NCBI RefSeq assembly: GCF_002105155.1 | Contig: NW_019028988.1 | Coordinates: forward strand, 1 to 64,000 | DNA: 64,000 bases | Reading direction: 5' to 3' | Source of the DNA: Lobosporangium transversale | Lineage: Eukaryota | In this document: positions 13,671 to 25,309 of the stretch, in pieces | Layout of the letters: the number at the start of each line of letters is the position of its first letter | How positions within the stretch are numbered: the stretch's first letter is position 1 | Program-made: the position numbers and the translations under genes | The notes under the pieces: generated by a model | Told to the model about the DNA's origin: nothing | Database searches by the model: none | Seen by the model: the letters and a program-made list of their open reading frames with translations, nothing else

Positions 13671-16469
13671 AATGTGACATAGTATAATAAAATATAGATC
13701 GTATGATCAACCTTTCTACTCTTTGTTTTCCACTCTTACTTTTTACTTTTTACTTTTTACTCTTGGCTGGAAGGATATCTGGCTGGTTTCAGAGAATCAC
13801 ATGGAGAATGTTCTTGAACCTTGTGTTCTTGCTACATGGACGAATGGGATTGGTAGGCTCTCGGTGTCGACGAGATTGTGTCCAATTTGCCTTGGATCAA
13901 ATTTGCACGCATACACATGCATGCCTCAATTTCATACATAGTTCTTAATCTGAGTAATTTGGTAGGGAGAAAATTGAATACAAAATTTTAATTTTTTTTT
14001 TTTTGCCTGGACCCTTGGCAATATCCTATTTGTTACAACAAAAGTGTACAAACACTTTTTATTTGCTTTGAAAACGGCACCGCCATCTCAGTTAAGTTTA
14101 ACTCCAAAGAGCAGGCTTGGAACATTCAGGGATAGGAGAAAGCAGAGTGAAGGGGCTTTTGATCAATTGGAGGTTTTTTTTTTTTTTTTTTTTTTTCATT
14201 CTTACTCTCTCTATCTATAGGTCTATAGGCATTGTCATGAGGAAGGAGCAAATGGTAAGGACATGGCGTTGAGAAAGGAAGGGGTAAAGGAGGAAGAGGT
14301 GCGATTGTTTTTTTGCTTCAATTGGTTTAATTTCACATCTGCTGTGTCGCAATTTGTAAATCATTATCAAATAATGAGCAACAGGCACGTTTTTAAAAAG
14401 GAGCTTGTGGTTACCAAGGAAAAAATAAAAAAATTGTTGCTCGGATCCCGCTAACACTTTTTATGAATATGTAGATATCAAAAAAAAAAAAAAAAAAAAA
14501 AAAAAAATGATAACAACACAAATGGATCATGATCATTTGGATTGAAGAGAAAAAAAAAAAAAAAGTGTAGTAGGATTCAAGGAACAAGTTTTCTTCAAAA
14601 TCATTTTAAAAGAACCAACATAGTTTGCGTTAACTCGTTGCTGTAAAGTTTCGGGCCAAAAAGGCGAAATACGATCCACAACAGAATCACAAAGTTGGGG
14701 GTTCAGGTAGTACAATCGGTACACAACAGAAGAGGGGAAAAAAAACAAAAGTGTAATCGTGTTGTAAATTTATACAATACACGATGAATAATTAAAAAAA
14801 CATCAACATGAATATGAACATGAACATGAACATAAAACAGGTCTATATTTTTTAATAGTGCGAAAAAAAAAAAAAAAAAAAAAAAAAAAAGAATCAATTT
14901 CAAACTACTGTCAAACATGGAGGAGAGATAAATTGAGCTTGATCGTATATATCTATTATTTCCACTGATTAGCTTGAAGACAGGTGAACACAAAAAACGA
15001 AGACTTGGGTGCAAATTGTTAGCTCTTACATGTATTTTTATGCAAGTCAGGCATATATCAACCTCTTACGTTTCGATGTGCGGTTGGAAAGTTTAGTTGT
15101 TTTTCTCCTTGGACAATGGGAGTAAGATAGCTAAATAGCGAACATGACATTAACAATGATAACAATATCAACAACGAGCTGCAGGAACGGCCTTTTCTTT
15201 TCTTCTTCAGGACGAGAACGCCCTGTGTCAATCGCTTTTGACACTCTCCTCCGATAGCTACATGTCATGTACATGTACATGTACTGTACTTCTCGGTAAA
15301 GCTTATTTGGTTCCCTTCTCCACATGGTGCATGAATACATGTGTTTTGTTATATATATACACCGTATAACAAATGTGTGAGGGGATGAGAAAGCGCCCTC
15401 TTTTTACTAGTTTGTGTTTACATAGACTTTTGGTCTTTTTTTTTGAGTTGCGGCAAAGATTAACCACTCAGAGACAGGCCGACACCTTTAGGCTACAGTG
15501 GGATGTTGTTGGATTGTTGGATTGTTGGAATGTTTACGATGTTTACATGATATTTATCCGCAGCTAGATTATTAACATTACCATGGACTTCTTAAACCCT
15601 AAATCTGAGCTCCCTGATAAAACTTTCATAACCCACAACATTACTGTCGATAAGCTTGAATGAAACGGAGGGAATAGTAATGGACGAAAAAAAAAAAAGA
15701 ATGCTTCACTTACATGTAGAGACTTGTCAACTTGTCTAAAAAGCGCGTAATTAGTAGAGACTTGGGTCTTTTTTTTATTTTTATTTTTTTATTTGCTTCC
15801 AAAGCCCTGCTTGAGACAACACACAAGTATATACTCCGAGCCCGTTATTTGAAAATAACCTAGATCCTTGTAATCTCCAAGACCTTCCTATTTATTAAAA
15901 GGAACAGTTTGAGACATCAACAAATACAGTACCCTTTTAAGTCGGACCTTGAGTTGTGTAACCTCCAGATCCTCACGATCGATTATGAGATCCCATTTGA
16001 GGTCATACGAGTATTCCGTACCAATTGTTTATGCTGTTTCTGGATTCCAATAACAGGTTCTAAATCTATTAATCCATTATCAGGAACATACAGTTTGAGA
16101 TTAAGGAACACTCCGTAACCCATTGTTTGAGCTGTCCCTAGATTTCTAGAATCCAAAACGTCATAGTCCACATGGTGCTACATGAATGTCTTAACTATTA
16201 TCAGTTCCCACACGATCTCCCTGTCTGGTTCCAATATCCGATCTCGTTCAAATTTAGAAACGATATAAATATATATACTACATGTATGTCATGAGGTACG
16301 ACTTCGCCTTTTTTCATTCCCCATGTTTGAGATTTGAGAAAAATATTCCGAGTGTGGCCGAGTGGCTGCATAACTTAATTTCCTGACACCACTTTGAGCT
16401 GACAAAATTACCTTATTTTCTGATATCAGCCTTATAATCTGAGAGCTTGTTTTTATTTGTGATGTTGTA

Positions 16470-16805
16470 CACCAAAATTTTGTTTATGTGGACGATTTAC
16501 TAAGGAAAACGTCCATATATTTTTAAGGTTCCAATGAATTGGGAAGTATTCTTAACTTTACAAAATATATAGGCACATGTGACATTGCATTTATGGGTTC
16601 CCATAAATGCACTTGGATCCGGCCTTTTGTCCAACCTTTTGTCCAACCTTTCGTCCGGGAATGTGCATTTATGGGAACCCTTAAATGCAATGTCACATGT
16701 GCCTATATATTTTGTAAAGTTAAGAATACTTCCCAATTCATTGGAACCTTAAAAATATATGGACGTTTTCCTTAGTAAATCGTCCACATAAACAAAATTT
16801 TGGTG
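16470..16805. mobile_element. MITE / foldback non-autonomous DNA transposon with 143-bp terminal inverted repeats and TA target-site duplication
   Basis: 16470-16612 is the reverse complement of 16663-16805 with one mismatch. Ends are CACC...GGTG, TA flanks both sides (16468-16469, 16806-16807), and the spacer is 50 bp with no coding capacity. Confidence 0.85.
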
Positions 16806-17389
16806 TACTGTGAATTGTCTTGCTCTCACTCACACACTCGCTCACTTGTCTCTTGCACTTTGTCATCTTTACTGGGCCCTCCTGGCATCTCCTCTTTCCT
16901 TTTCCCTTCTACGCATGCAAGACACGTAACTATGCATTGTATGCATATCGACCGGCATTTTATACTTGAGTAGACACACCGCTTTCATTGAGAGTAAGTC
17001 CTGCCTCCTTTTCATCCTAATGGGACAGAAAGGACATTTTCTAATGCATATTGACGGGATAATCTTTTTTTTTACCGCTTTCATAATCGTTCCAGTTGGC
17101 TCTAAGTCCAGCTGGTCTTTTATGCTTGCTTGGTCACTTAATGACCTGCAGCTTGATTCATTCCCCTGGCTTGCAGCTGTTGCTGCAGCTACATTGAGTA
17201 CGACAGGGCTGATGAAACAAGTGTACAGTGCGCTAAATATTCTCGCTTTGAGCAAGATGTTCAAAAGTGCTTAATGCACATAAGCTGGACAAGGATAGGG
17301 GTAGGATCTTCATGTGTGTTTATCCTTCTGTCACACATCCTTTTATTCGTGGACGTAGGAAGTAACGGTAATATATTTTTAACTACCCA

Positions 17390-17413
17390 AACAACAACAA
17401 GAATAGCAGGAAT

Positions 17414-17444
<31 letters not shown>

Positions 17445-17450
17445 ACAACA
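17390..17450 (+). repeat. (AAC)n-rich microsatellite
   Basis: Imperfect aacaacaac... run in intergenic DNA. Confidence 0.7.
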
Positions 17451-19159
17451 AAAATATCCGCGGCCTGTGGACAAGAAAAAATAAAAAAGTAAAAAAAGAT
17501 CAAATCTCCCTTTCACAGGGGGTATCTGTCTGTTAAAATAGTAGTGATACGGACCATCCGCGAGATGCCCATCAAATCTCCTCATCCTCTTACTTTTTTT
17601 TTTTTTGACATGCTCAACGATTTGAGAAACTAGCTAAGCCCGCACTAGATCAATTCTTGGACTTTGGAGGGGATTTTTAATCTGTCGATTACTGAGGCTG
17701 TCGTATTCTTGCATTTGCATGGGAGCAGAGGAATATAAAAAAAAAAATGCACACAAAGTGAGCAGGGGAAGGGAGGTCCCAAAAAAAAAAAAAAAGTTGA
17801 GCCAGATCATGACAAATGACTAGCCTGTAGTTTGTGTCCGTGTAAAGTTTTTTTTTGTTTGCTGGGGACTTGCACAATTGTCACCACATTTGATTGTTGT
17901 TGAGCAGGTATCACCAACAGAACTCTTATTGTCCAATTTGTACACTGCCAAGTTAGCTCTCCGCTCTTCTTTTGTCAAAGGCCTCTTTTTAGGACAAAAG
18001 TCATGTATCCACTGAGAATTAGTAGATTGATAGAGATCAAAGATTGGCTGAAGGTGCATGAGCATGGACCCACTCTGATTTTTTGCCCCTGGTGGGTTTG
18101 GAAGAGGCTCTCTCCTTCCTTTGCTTGGGGGGTGCGAGCATAATCGTGACAACCAAATATGTTCGTTAGACAGTAAAAAAGCAAAAGTATTTCCGGACAT
18201 CTTGCACCAGGATCTCGAACATTCTCTTTCTCTTTCTGGCTATCTCTTAATCTTTGCAACAACCTCTCTCTGTGTGCGTTCTGTGATGCTGCGCTGACGA
18301 TGGCAGTGAAAGTGTAATAGTGGTGGTGATGGCGATAACTTTAGTTTTTCTTTTTCTTTCCTTTAGACGCTTTGTTCAGCAATGGTAGTCGTGGTGGTTG
18401 CAAGGGAGAGGGAGCAGTGTCAGAGCAGACCAAGTTTCTTTTGTTGTGTAGTGTATTTGTGCTTATTTTTCCAGTAACAAAAAGGGAAGAGGCTGATTTC
18501 AACTAATCCAATTTACAGTTGCAGTTATCTTCGATAGGTGGAGAGTGCATAATGCACACACCCAGGTCCTTTTTAAAATATGTACAATTTAAATAAGCGG
18601 TGAGAATCACTCAAATTTGTATTGGTTAGATTAGACTTTTGTGTTTATAATAAATATAACGCTGCTTGTTTGTGTTTGTTGTGCCTATCTACCAATTGAA
18701 TAAAATTGTATTTATTATCAGCACATTATTATAAATATATATATATTATAGATATATCTGTACAAAGCATTTTTGTGTCTCTTGTGAGTTATTCTTTGGG
18801 CCGTGCTTCTTTCCTGTTCACTAACGGAGCAGCCCAATTTCCTCTGAAATAATCTCTGTCTTTGTGTCTTCTTTCTCCACTGTATAAAATACGTTCCTCT
18901 TCCCACATTTTTTTCTTTTTTTGACCTTTGCCCTCATCTGCCTGTTCTTTTCGTCTCTCTTTTTCTTTTCTCTCCTCTCTCTTTCTTTGGCCAACAAACT
19001 CCCCTCTCCACCTTTTTTTTTTTTTTTTCTTCCTTCTCTCTCCTCCTCCGTTTTCTTAATACCCCCAACACACGTAAACAGTCGGTCATTGAACTATAGC
19101 AACTAACGAAAAAAATAATCAGAACCGGGAACCCTTTGAAGCAACACCTTGTATAAACA

Positions 19160-20885
19160 ATGAATTTTATCAGATGGCATTATTCGGACACCACTCTTCG
19201 CCGTTCAGAAAAACAGGCGGAGAGTGAAAAGACTATCTGCTGTTTTCCCTATAACCGTTGGCTGATGTTCCCAGCCGCATTTATCTTCCAAGCTGTTTGT
19301 GGATCACTCTATGCTTGGTCTGTCTTCAATAAGCCCATTGATCGACACATCTATGGTGCTGATGCGAAAAACGAACCACTCGAGGTCAATGCTCCCGTCA
19401 CTTTCTACTTAGCTGTCGGATTCTTCGGTTTTTCCGCTGCATTCAATGGTCCTTGGTTGGAACGTGTGGGTCCCCGCAAGGCTTCCTTGGTTGGTACTTT
19501 TCTCTTCTTTCTTGGAAACATGATTGCCACCATTGGTATTCACGTCAAGGTAAATAATATATTACAAACATACTTGAAAGTCATCATGCTTCACAACTTT
19601 TTTATATTATGCTTATTCTTTTTCTTTTCTTCTCTTATTGTAGCAAATTGGTTTGGTTTACTTTGGATATGGTGTTGTGGGCGGTGCCGGTTTGGGCTTG
19701 TGCTATATCTCTCCAGTGTCTGCACTTCAGAAATGGTTCCCAGATCGTCGCGGTCTCGCTGCCGGTTTCGCAGTCTGCGGATTTGGAGCAGGTTCAATTG
19801 CGTTGGCCAAGGTGCCCGAGCCTTTGATTACGAGCATTGGATTGACAAAGACATTTTTGACCTTGGGCTGCTGCTACTTTGCAGTCATGTTCCTCTGCTG
19901 TCTCGTCTTCCGTGTGCCTCCACCAGGCTTTGTTGTCAACGGCCTGGATGTTTATCGCAACAAGGTCAACGAGAACGGTGATATCGAGGCCCACAACGCT
20001 GGCTCTAGCGCCAACAACATCCGTAACCCAGCCTCAACTCTTACACTCATTCAGTCAATTTTCTCGAGCGAATACAGACTCATTTATCTCATGTTCTTTG
20101 GCAATTCCATTGCTGGCTTGGTCTTCTTGTCTCGTCTTTCGAATATTGCCGCTGATGTCTTTACTAAGTCCTCCACTGATGGCGCAACCGTCGTCTCCAT
20201 TAATGGTGGATTCAACTTGGCTGGACGTTTGTTCTTTTCGACTGCCTCAGATCGTCTCGGTCGTAAGAATGCATATATTGTCATGTTGCTCTGGCAGGTC
20301 ATTTGCTTGGCGAGCTTGCCCACCGTAATGGAGGCTCGCAATTACCCTGCATTCTTGGCTCTCATCTGGACCTTGACTGCCTGCTACGGTGGTGGTTTCG
20401 GATGCATTCCCGCTTTCCTCTGCGATATGTTCGGACCCACAAACATTGGAGCTCTCCATGGTATCATCCTCACAGCTTGGTCGATTGCTGGTGTCGGTGG
20501 AGGTCTCTTGTTCACAGCTATCTTCAACAACATGAGGAGCAATGGATACAAGGTCAGTGATGCTTGGATCTACGGTTTGAACCTGTACTGGCTCCTTGCA
20601 ATCTGCTCTCTTGGATTCCTCGTCGTTCTCTTTGTCCGCACTTCGCTCCGCGACCGTCTCCTACCTCGAGTCGAAGGCGAGTTCACTCGTGTTCGTATCT
20701 TTGGCCGCCTCATCCGCTTCGGTTCCTTTGGCGTCCAGACTGTCAGCAAACAACAGGAGGACCAGGAGTGGGATGCCTATGTTGATGCTCAATCTGGCCA
20801 TCATTCGGAATCATCAAGCACTGCTACTGCAAATGAAAAAGCTTTTGGAGACAAGGCTGAGGTGACCGATGGAGTCAAAGTGTAA
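19160..20885 (+). CDS. MFS transporter, oxalate:formate antiporter (OFA)/monocarboxylate-like, 2 exons
   Basis: Motifs GSLYAWSVFNKP, YGVVGGAGLGLCYISPVSALQKWFPDRRGLAAGFAVCGFGAG, FNLAGRLFFSTASDRLGRK and CYGGGFGCIPAFLCDMFG; intron 19550-19643. Confidence 0.9.
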
Positions 20886-21370
20886 ATAATGACAAGCCTT
20901 CTCCTTTACTTCCCTATTACCACTATAATATACTATCTTCCATAAAAAAAACTGTATATCATACTTTACTCTAGCACTCTAGTATAAATAAACAAAAACA
21001 ACCCGATATGAATGTAATATGTGATTGTCTGTCAATTGCATCACCGCCATGTCGCTTATATTCACATTAATGCTGACACGAGCCTTTTCAATACAGAGAT
21101 GAAAATTTGCCATGAGTTGAGCAAATTTGCTAGATTAAACTCTTCATTGAATAATAAGGGTAAGGATATGGGTGATAGACTCTGATTTCATCCGATTAAA
21201 CTCTGACACAAGCAGACAATTTTATAAATTGGTGGCAAACGGCTGTAGAACGCGCGATTTATATTAGGAAGAAGGATCACTATTATTGTTTCAATGAAGC
21301 CCATGTCCATGCTCCAGGGCCTGTTATTTTTTAACTACATATTGGTCCGTGTTGACCACATGAATAAACC

Positions 21371-22828
21371 TCAGAATGCCTTCTGATGTGACTTCTTGGC
21401 AGTGGGCGCCGGTGCCGGATAGTTAGTAAGTGAGAAAGAAGTCAGCGGTGTGGATCGTATTGAGCGCCCATCCATATCTATGTCCGTATTCATGCTCATA
21501 TCCGTATCCATTTCTACGGATGTCTTTTTGGAGGTAACAGCCAAAGTTGGGAAAGATATGTTGGGATGTCGTGATGGTGGCGATGACGGTGGTGTTGATG
21601 GTGTTGATGATAATACCAATGGGGCTGCTGCTGGGAGTATGTTTCCTGCTTCTTTTGTTGGTGATGATAATGAACTTGATGATTCAGAGTAGCCTGTAGG
21701 ATTCATTGTCTGCCACCTCCATAGATCCCGACACATATCCTCGAGCGTTTTTTCAGCTTTCCAGTTCAACTCCTTAGCTGCTAGGGATGGATCTGCAATT
21801 ACTGTCCCAACATCGCCAGGCCTCCGTTCGACGATCTTGTAAGGCAACTGATGTCCAACAACTTCTGACATGCTGTTGATCATCTCCATCACAGAATATC
21901 CGACTCCTGTGCCAAGATTATAAGGGACACAACCAAGGTTCTTATTGGATTGTTCAATAGCTTCGATCTTTTCGAGTGCGGCCACATGACCTCTAGCCAA
22001 ATCCTGAATGTGAATGTAATCTCGAACACCTGTTCCATCCTTTGTGTCATAGTTATCTCCAAAGACATTGATCACGGGTCGCCGTCCAATAGCAACCTGT
22101 GCGACGTAAGGCATCAAATTGTTGGGAGTCCCGTTAGGATCTTCGCCAATCACACCTGATTCATGAGCACCAACGGGATTGAAGTACCGGAGCAGGATAA
22201 TATTCCATTGACCAGGCTCGCTTGCAGCTGTATCACGTAGGATCTCTTCAATATATTGTTTCGTACGTCCATAGGGGTTCATAGCTCCCAAGGGTGCATC
22301 CTCTTGAATGGGTCGGCTTGATGTTGGCAAACCGTAGACAGTGGCTGAGGATGAAAAGATGAAATTTCTGCATTGATGCTTCTGTAAGAGTTGAATCAAG
22401 TTGAGGGTTCCAGTAATGTTGGTGTGGTAATAACTCAAAGGGGCTTCTGAGGATTCTCCTACAGCTTTCAGACCTGCGAGATGAATACAGGCTGAAAATG
22501 TGTAACGATCAAAGACTTTCTCAAGCGCATCAATATCAAGAATGTCGACCTTGTGGAAGTTGAATGAGCCCTTATAATTGTTGGCTTTGGCAAGGGATTG
22601 GACACGCCGAAGTGATTCCTCGGATGAGTTGCAGAGGCTATCGACGATAACAAGATGTTTGCCAAGGTTGAGAAGTTGGACGACAGTGTGCGATCCGATG
22701 TATCCGGCACCTCCGGTAACCAAGATAGTTTCTTTCTGGTCTTTATATCCATCCTTTTTTGTCACGCTTTCCTTCTTCACCTCCTTCTCCTGATGCACAT
22801 CCTTGTGAAGATGAGGTGGAATAGTCAT
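21371..22828 (-). CDS. GAL10: UDP-glucose 4-epimerase (GalE/Gal10 epimerase domain), intronless, with a low-complexity C-terminal tail
   Basis: Motifs ILVTGGAGYIGSHT, HLAGLKAVGES, FSSSATVYG, NPYGRTK (YxxxK), LRYFNPVGAH, PNNLMPY and DGTGVRDYIH. Confidence 0.95.
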   Translation of the reverse strand: MTIPPHLHKDVHQEKEVKKESVTKKDGYKDQKETILVTGGAGYIGSHTVVQLLNLGKHLVIVDSLCNSSEESLRRVQSLAKANNYKGSFNFHKVDILDIDALEKVFDRYTFSACIHLAGLKAVGESSEAPLSYYHTNITGTLNLIQLLQKHQCRNFIFSSSATVYGLPTSSRPIQEDAPLGAMNPYGRTKQYIEEILRDTAASEPGQWNIILLRYFNPVGAHESGVIGEDPNGTPNNLMPYVAQVAIGRRPVINVFGDNYDTKDGTGVRDYIHIQDLARGHVAALEKIEAIEQSNKNLGCVPYNLGTGVGYSVMEMINSMSEVVGHQLPYKIVERRPGDVGTVIADPSLAAKELNWKAEKTLEDMCRDLWRWQTMNPTGYSESSSSLSSPTKEAGNILPAAAPLVLSSTPSTPPSSPPSRHPNISFPTLAVTSKKTSVEMDTDMSMNTDIDMDGRSIRSTPLTSFSLTNYPAPAPTAKKSHQKAF

Positions 22829-23202
22829 TGGGGAGATAGTTTACTCTTAATTGCCAATTTGAAGTAGGTTTGTAATTCAAAAGGAAAGAAGATGAGGATT
22901 GATCAAAAAAAGGTACAAGGAGGTCAATTTCTGGTTACTCCTTTTCAGGGTGTATATATAGTATTTGTTGAATGGGAATGAGCGAAAATAAAAGAGATAT
23001 TGGCGATGAAGAATGACAGCAAAGAGTTAAATAAATAACAAATGGCGACAAGTTAGCACGAGACTATTAAAGAGACTAACTTTGGCTTTACATTCACTCT
23101 GATGTCAGCGCTTTCAACCAGCCAAACTGTCCTTTTTTCCTTTTTATTTATTTTGGTAGAAATATGAACATGGATATGAAAGGAAAAAAAGATATAGTAG
23201 CG

Positions 23203-23246
<44 letters not shown>

Positions 23247-23861
23247 CAAATGCAAGGGGGCATGTTCGAGCATAACCACAGCAAAGCCATGTGTTAAAAA
23301 AAAGGGCTCAGAACGACAATGCCTGTGCGTTATGTAATGATGTGTTCCTCATCCCTTTGAAATATGAAAATGATTTGAAAGGTTCATGATGCAAACAACA
23401 AAGAAAAATGTATCATCCGCGGCGTAACAGGATGTTGTCTCATCCATGCAACTGGGCCGGTTATTAGAAAATAGACAACAAAAAAAAAAAGTGGGTGCAG
23501 GTTTAGACTGGATGAATAGTATCTTGAAAGGAGAAACCCTAATCATTCAGCTCAACCCCAGGCAGGCACTTTCACTCTATGATGTGATGTCGATCATATA
23601 CATATACTAAAATGCTAACTAAATCTAAAGCGAAAAAAAGAAAACGGATAGAAACAGTTCCATAATTGATTTTCTTATGTGTAATTGTTCCATAATTGGT
23701 AACGAGAATGTTCCAGATGCCGATCCAGTGACTCTAATTAATGTGATCTTGCTGCCACAACCTCGGCTAAGCCCCAACTACTGGAGTATAATTTCCTCAA
23801 AGACGCGTTTTGTTGCAAAGCTGTTGTGCCCCCCTTTCTACACATTCGTCTAGTTCTTGGA

Positions 23862-24286
23862 ATGCCATTGGTTGACTATGGAAGCTCATCGGACGAAGAT
23901 GAGAGACCAGTCTCTCAACCAAATGTCAAGAGCGATGGAAACGATGCAAATCGCAAGGGAGTTAAGCGCTCATTGCAGAATGAGAGCGAGGTTGCTTCAC
24001 ACAAAAGGTTGGCATTGTTCTTCTGTATTCAAAGCCGACTTCTCCCTTGCATTAAAAATATAATCCCCATGTTAATAATAATAAACAATATATTTTTTTA
24101 GACCCAAGGCTCTTCCTCCACTTCCAGTATCTTTAACTAATCTTTTCAAAGACAGAGAGCGTCAACCTGACAACCCTGAAAGACATCAAGGAAGAATTAG
24201 AAATCGTGCACACATTGATGGTTCTTGGCCTGTTCATGTCTATCTGGAGGGTATGTGTAGTTTTCGCAGTGTACATCCTGCGAGCG

Positions 24287-24317
<31 letters not shown>

Positions 24318-25148
24318 ATACAAAATTATGAAGAAGACAAACGAGAAGCATGGCTAACAATGGTCTTTTATGATCCAGTTAAGCTATCAAGCGAGCTCTT
24401 TGATATCGTAAAAACTTTGACTAAAAGAGCACGGGAAATGGCCCCAAACACCGTTTCGTTACTTCAGTCATTGGAATCAGTTAAAGACTCGAAAGCAATA
24501 CCAATAGAAGCAGAAACAGCGGCGGATGCGACTGAGTTACATATCAGCCTAACTAGACCTCTATATCTACAGGAGCTACACCTTGGCGGATTCATGTCAG
24601 ATATCCGAACAGCCTTTAAGAATAAGAAAAGGTAAAATGATCACAAGTAAGAAATCATTTGAATAGAGCAAATGAATCTTATATTGTATTTCAATTGATT
24701 CATCTGATAGGTTTAGTTTGTCATTCTCGGGTGTCCAAAGCTTCGCGAATGATGAGAAAACAAGGTCGTTCTTGAGTTTACGAGTGGGATCAGGGCATGC
24801 AGAGGTGAGGACTTGTGTATAAAGTTTCGGTACTATGGGTTTTGCGAGTTTTGCTTGGCCTATTAATGACCAACCCTAAGTTGGTATTGTACCGAGTAGA
24901 TAGAAAATCTTGTGGCAGAGATGGATACCATTGTGCAACGATACTCACAACCCAGATTTTATGACGACCCTGAGCTTCACGCCAGCTTTGCATGGGCTGT
25001 AGGTGGCGATATCCTTAACAAGGAAGTTGTAGACGCAATGCCTGAGCTTGAAGGCGAGCTTGGGCAAGACCTGCGACACTGCTCTATTACAGTGCGTCGC
25101 GTTGCCTGGAAGTTGGGCCAAAAAGTTGGCTTTGTCGCATTACAGTAA
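23862..25148 (+). CDS. USB1: U6 snRNA phosphodiesterase Usb1/Mpn1 (2H family), multi-exon
   Basis: Starts MPLVDYGSSSDEDE; contains HQGRIR..HIDGSWPVHVY, two HxS motifs (LHISLTRP, LHASFAW) and FANDEKTRSFL. Confidence 0.9.
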
Positions 25149-25309
25149 AATAAAATAAAAAAAGTGGCACGAGCGACGCGTTGTGGCAGTCACGTCTACG
25201 TAATTTTGGACTTGCGCTTTTAGAATAAGGCCTCCCTCAGTCTTTCTTCTTTTTTGTCCTCCTACCAACCTACCAATTCTTATCACTCACTAAAACTACA
25301 CTCACTACA

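Noticed and set aside
15900..16250. Coding-like intergenic stretch (62-69 aa ORFs)
   Set aside because: No motif was recognised and it cannot be called a pseudogene without a search.
16500..16775. Two near-identical 78-aa ORFs on opposite strands
   Set aside because: They are by-products of the MITE inverted repeat and show no protein features.
16869..17274. Overlapping 131-aa and 102-aa ORFs, one with CPFC
   Set aside because: There is no complete zinc-finger pattern, family motif or convincing gene structure.
21231..21239. Perfect PACE motif GGTGGCAAA
   Set aside because: It lies between the 3' ends of two convergent genes, so it is unlikely to be a promoter element.
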